Below are positions 61,937-64,000 of a DNA stretch of 64,000 bases, in pieces. The notes beneath the pieces were generated by a model. It was not told the DNA's origin. It searched no databases and saw only the letters and a list, made by a program, of their open reading frames with translations. Numbering within the stretch: position 1 is the stretch's first letter; every line of letters begins with the position of its first letter. The DNA comes from Chrysomallon squamiferum. Its lineage: Eukaryota; Animalia; Mollusca. The stretch is from NCBI GenBank assembly GCA_012295275.1, contig CM022674.1, positions 9,486,001 through 9,550,000 of the forward strand, written 5' to 3'. The position numbers and the translations under genes were made by a program.

Positions 61937-64000
61937 ATTTTACATTTTTCTGTAAAGCAGGTTGAGAAGTAGATGGTACTGAAATGGATAGACTGATGAG
62001 GATAACGTTATCATACATAACACTATTCATCTGACTATTTAACTCAGTTAACTTTACATTGCATAAACAGTAATTTTCTAATGCAGCCTCTCTTCTAATT
62101 AATTTTATCTGGTTAATTATCTGTGGGATAAACTTACTGTACTAATATCACTTAGGCAACAGTATATTTTATTTGTCATGACCATTCATTTGTATCGCAC
62201 AGATAAAAGCTATGTTTGTTAATAACAAATATTTGTGGGCGAGTATGTTTTCCACGTTAAACTTCCACGCACGTGCAGTTTAATTTCATTTTTATAATTA
62301 TATCTGTAATACATTATTCTCTGTACTGTAATCCTACTGTTTATGATTGTCATTGTTAATACGCAGTAATAAAATGGTGCTTATGAAAAATACATTATTT
62401 AATAAATTTATCATAATTATTGTTGATTATGATTGAAATTATGAATAAATGTACATTTTTTTTTAATGAAGTTCCATTGATAAATACATTTATGTTTATT
62501 AATTAATTGTCAATGAAATTAATGATCTAAATAGTATCATTTTTTTATTTTGTTTATATGCAAAAGTAAAAAATACTTTGATTACAAATTTCCCATTGTT
62601 TGCCTGCATTACATATAAGTCAGATACTACTATATAGGGTTCATATTGAAAGTAAATAAATAAAAGAAATAAACACAATATTCTTTTTAATAATCAAAAC
62701 AATATTCTGCAAGTAACAAATAAAGCAAGCAAACAATACATTTTTGTTAAAAACTATAGTCTGAAGTAAGAGAAAACATAGTAAATTATAAAATGTTATA
62801 TCTGGTCAATCATAATGATCCATAAATAATAATAATAATAAATAAATAAATAAAAAAACATAATAATAAAATAAATAAATAAATAAATAAAATAAAATAA
62901 TAGAAATTTTAGAAACATTCAGCAATTATCTTGTGACAATTTGTCAAATTTAAAAAAAAAAAAAAATTCCAACCATTTTCATTAGAATTTATTCATAAGA
63001 TTTCTTTTATTTGCAGGAGCCAGTTCTCTTGCCTGTGATCTACGATCTCGCCAGTGCAATTCCTGATAATTTTAACCAAGAGTTCCAATTATCACAATTT
63101 ACTCCTAATAACTTAATATTATAGAAAAACTATAAAATTAAAAACGAATGTAATTATGGATAAAACACAAATAAAACTACCACTAATAAATACAGAAGCA
63201 AATACTGAATGTAAAACTATTAACATGAAAAGTGCTGTTAAAACATTATGCACACCCGATGATTCTTTTATTACACAAACAATGTTTAAATTATTGAATA
63301 CACAAGTATACATTTAGATGTGAAACATGTATTATTTGTGTGTGAGTTTAAAAGTTTGAGCATATGAACGGTCAATGATGAATTATTAGAAAAAAAGGTG
63401 AGGGGAAAGGAAGATAAAAAGAAAAAGTATGAAAAAATGATATATATATATATATACTTTATTAGGTACTGGCGTCCTCACTGCGCAGCTGCCCGCAAGG
63501 GCTGAATCTGTTTAAAATTACTGTCTTTTCCACGCTCGGCACAGACACATTATTGTTCAAAGAAGCTTGTAGTGTGTAACATTTCCTCTTTCCAATGCAC
63601 TGTTTGTTTTTGCTTCGATGAAGAGTTGCGTTACGAGACTTCCTATGCGTTTGAAAATTCACATGGCTTCCTTTCTGTCGTCCTGCGGTTTCCCTTTTGA
63701 ATAAGAAGACTTATTCTTAAGTGGATGGATTTCCATTCAAAAAGACAATAATCTTTTTTAAATCCAGCAAAAATTTTTTTCTGAACCTATGGAAACAAGT
63801 GTTTGAATTGAAAATTGTCTATCTTTTCGAGAAGAAAATCCCCAATCAAATATAATTTCTGAAAAGATCGGTTTCTGCGTTTTGTAATGGACACTGAGAT
63901 TATTCTGATGATATCACTTTGAAATCGTGGGACCATTAAACTTCATTCACTTGTTCGTCAGAAACTAACTTCGACATCGATCAACGTTATCACTAAGCAA

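Noticed and set aside
63462-63662. Minus-strand ORF MNFQTHRKSR.. as the last exon of another gene
   Set aside because: An in-frame stop lies about 50 nt upstream, there is no clear acceptor, and I recognise no homology.

Overview
AT-rich, intron-containing animal genomic DNA, most likely a mollusc. The synaptobrevin N-terminus MSGPQNP resembles the squid protein as I recall it, which suggests a cephalopod, but the species cannot be fixed from this window. Six protein-coding genes can be reconstructed by hand from GT-AG splice sites and reading phase. (1) A PLEKHM1-like RUN + Rubicon-homology gene (minus, 13 exons seen, 3' end off-window). (2) A head-to-head, intronless RDH14-like SDR. (3) A synaptobrevin/VAMP gene that the ORF track misses almost entirely. 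(4) B3GALT6 (minus). (5) A GIMAP/AIG1 GTPase. (6) A GPR161/GPR101-like class A GPCR. Introns and spacers hold decayed transposons (Sola-like, pogo/Tigger, hAT, Kolobok-like, MULE, Tc1/mariner, L1/Tx1 LINE), microsatellites and a 3 x ~405 bp tandem repeat. The most striking structure is a modular splicing system in the VAMP gene: two duplicated 52-nt transmembrane exons, two homologous alternative last exons (short or long luminal tail) and a candidate 30-nt N-terminal cassette exon. Also notable are a perfect 90-bp-arm hairpin beside a PLEKHM1 3' splice site and a 24-bp ends-only transposon with its own target-site duplication. All gene models are manual predictions without RNA evidence.
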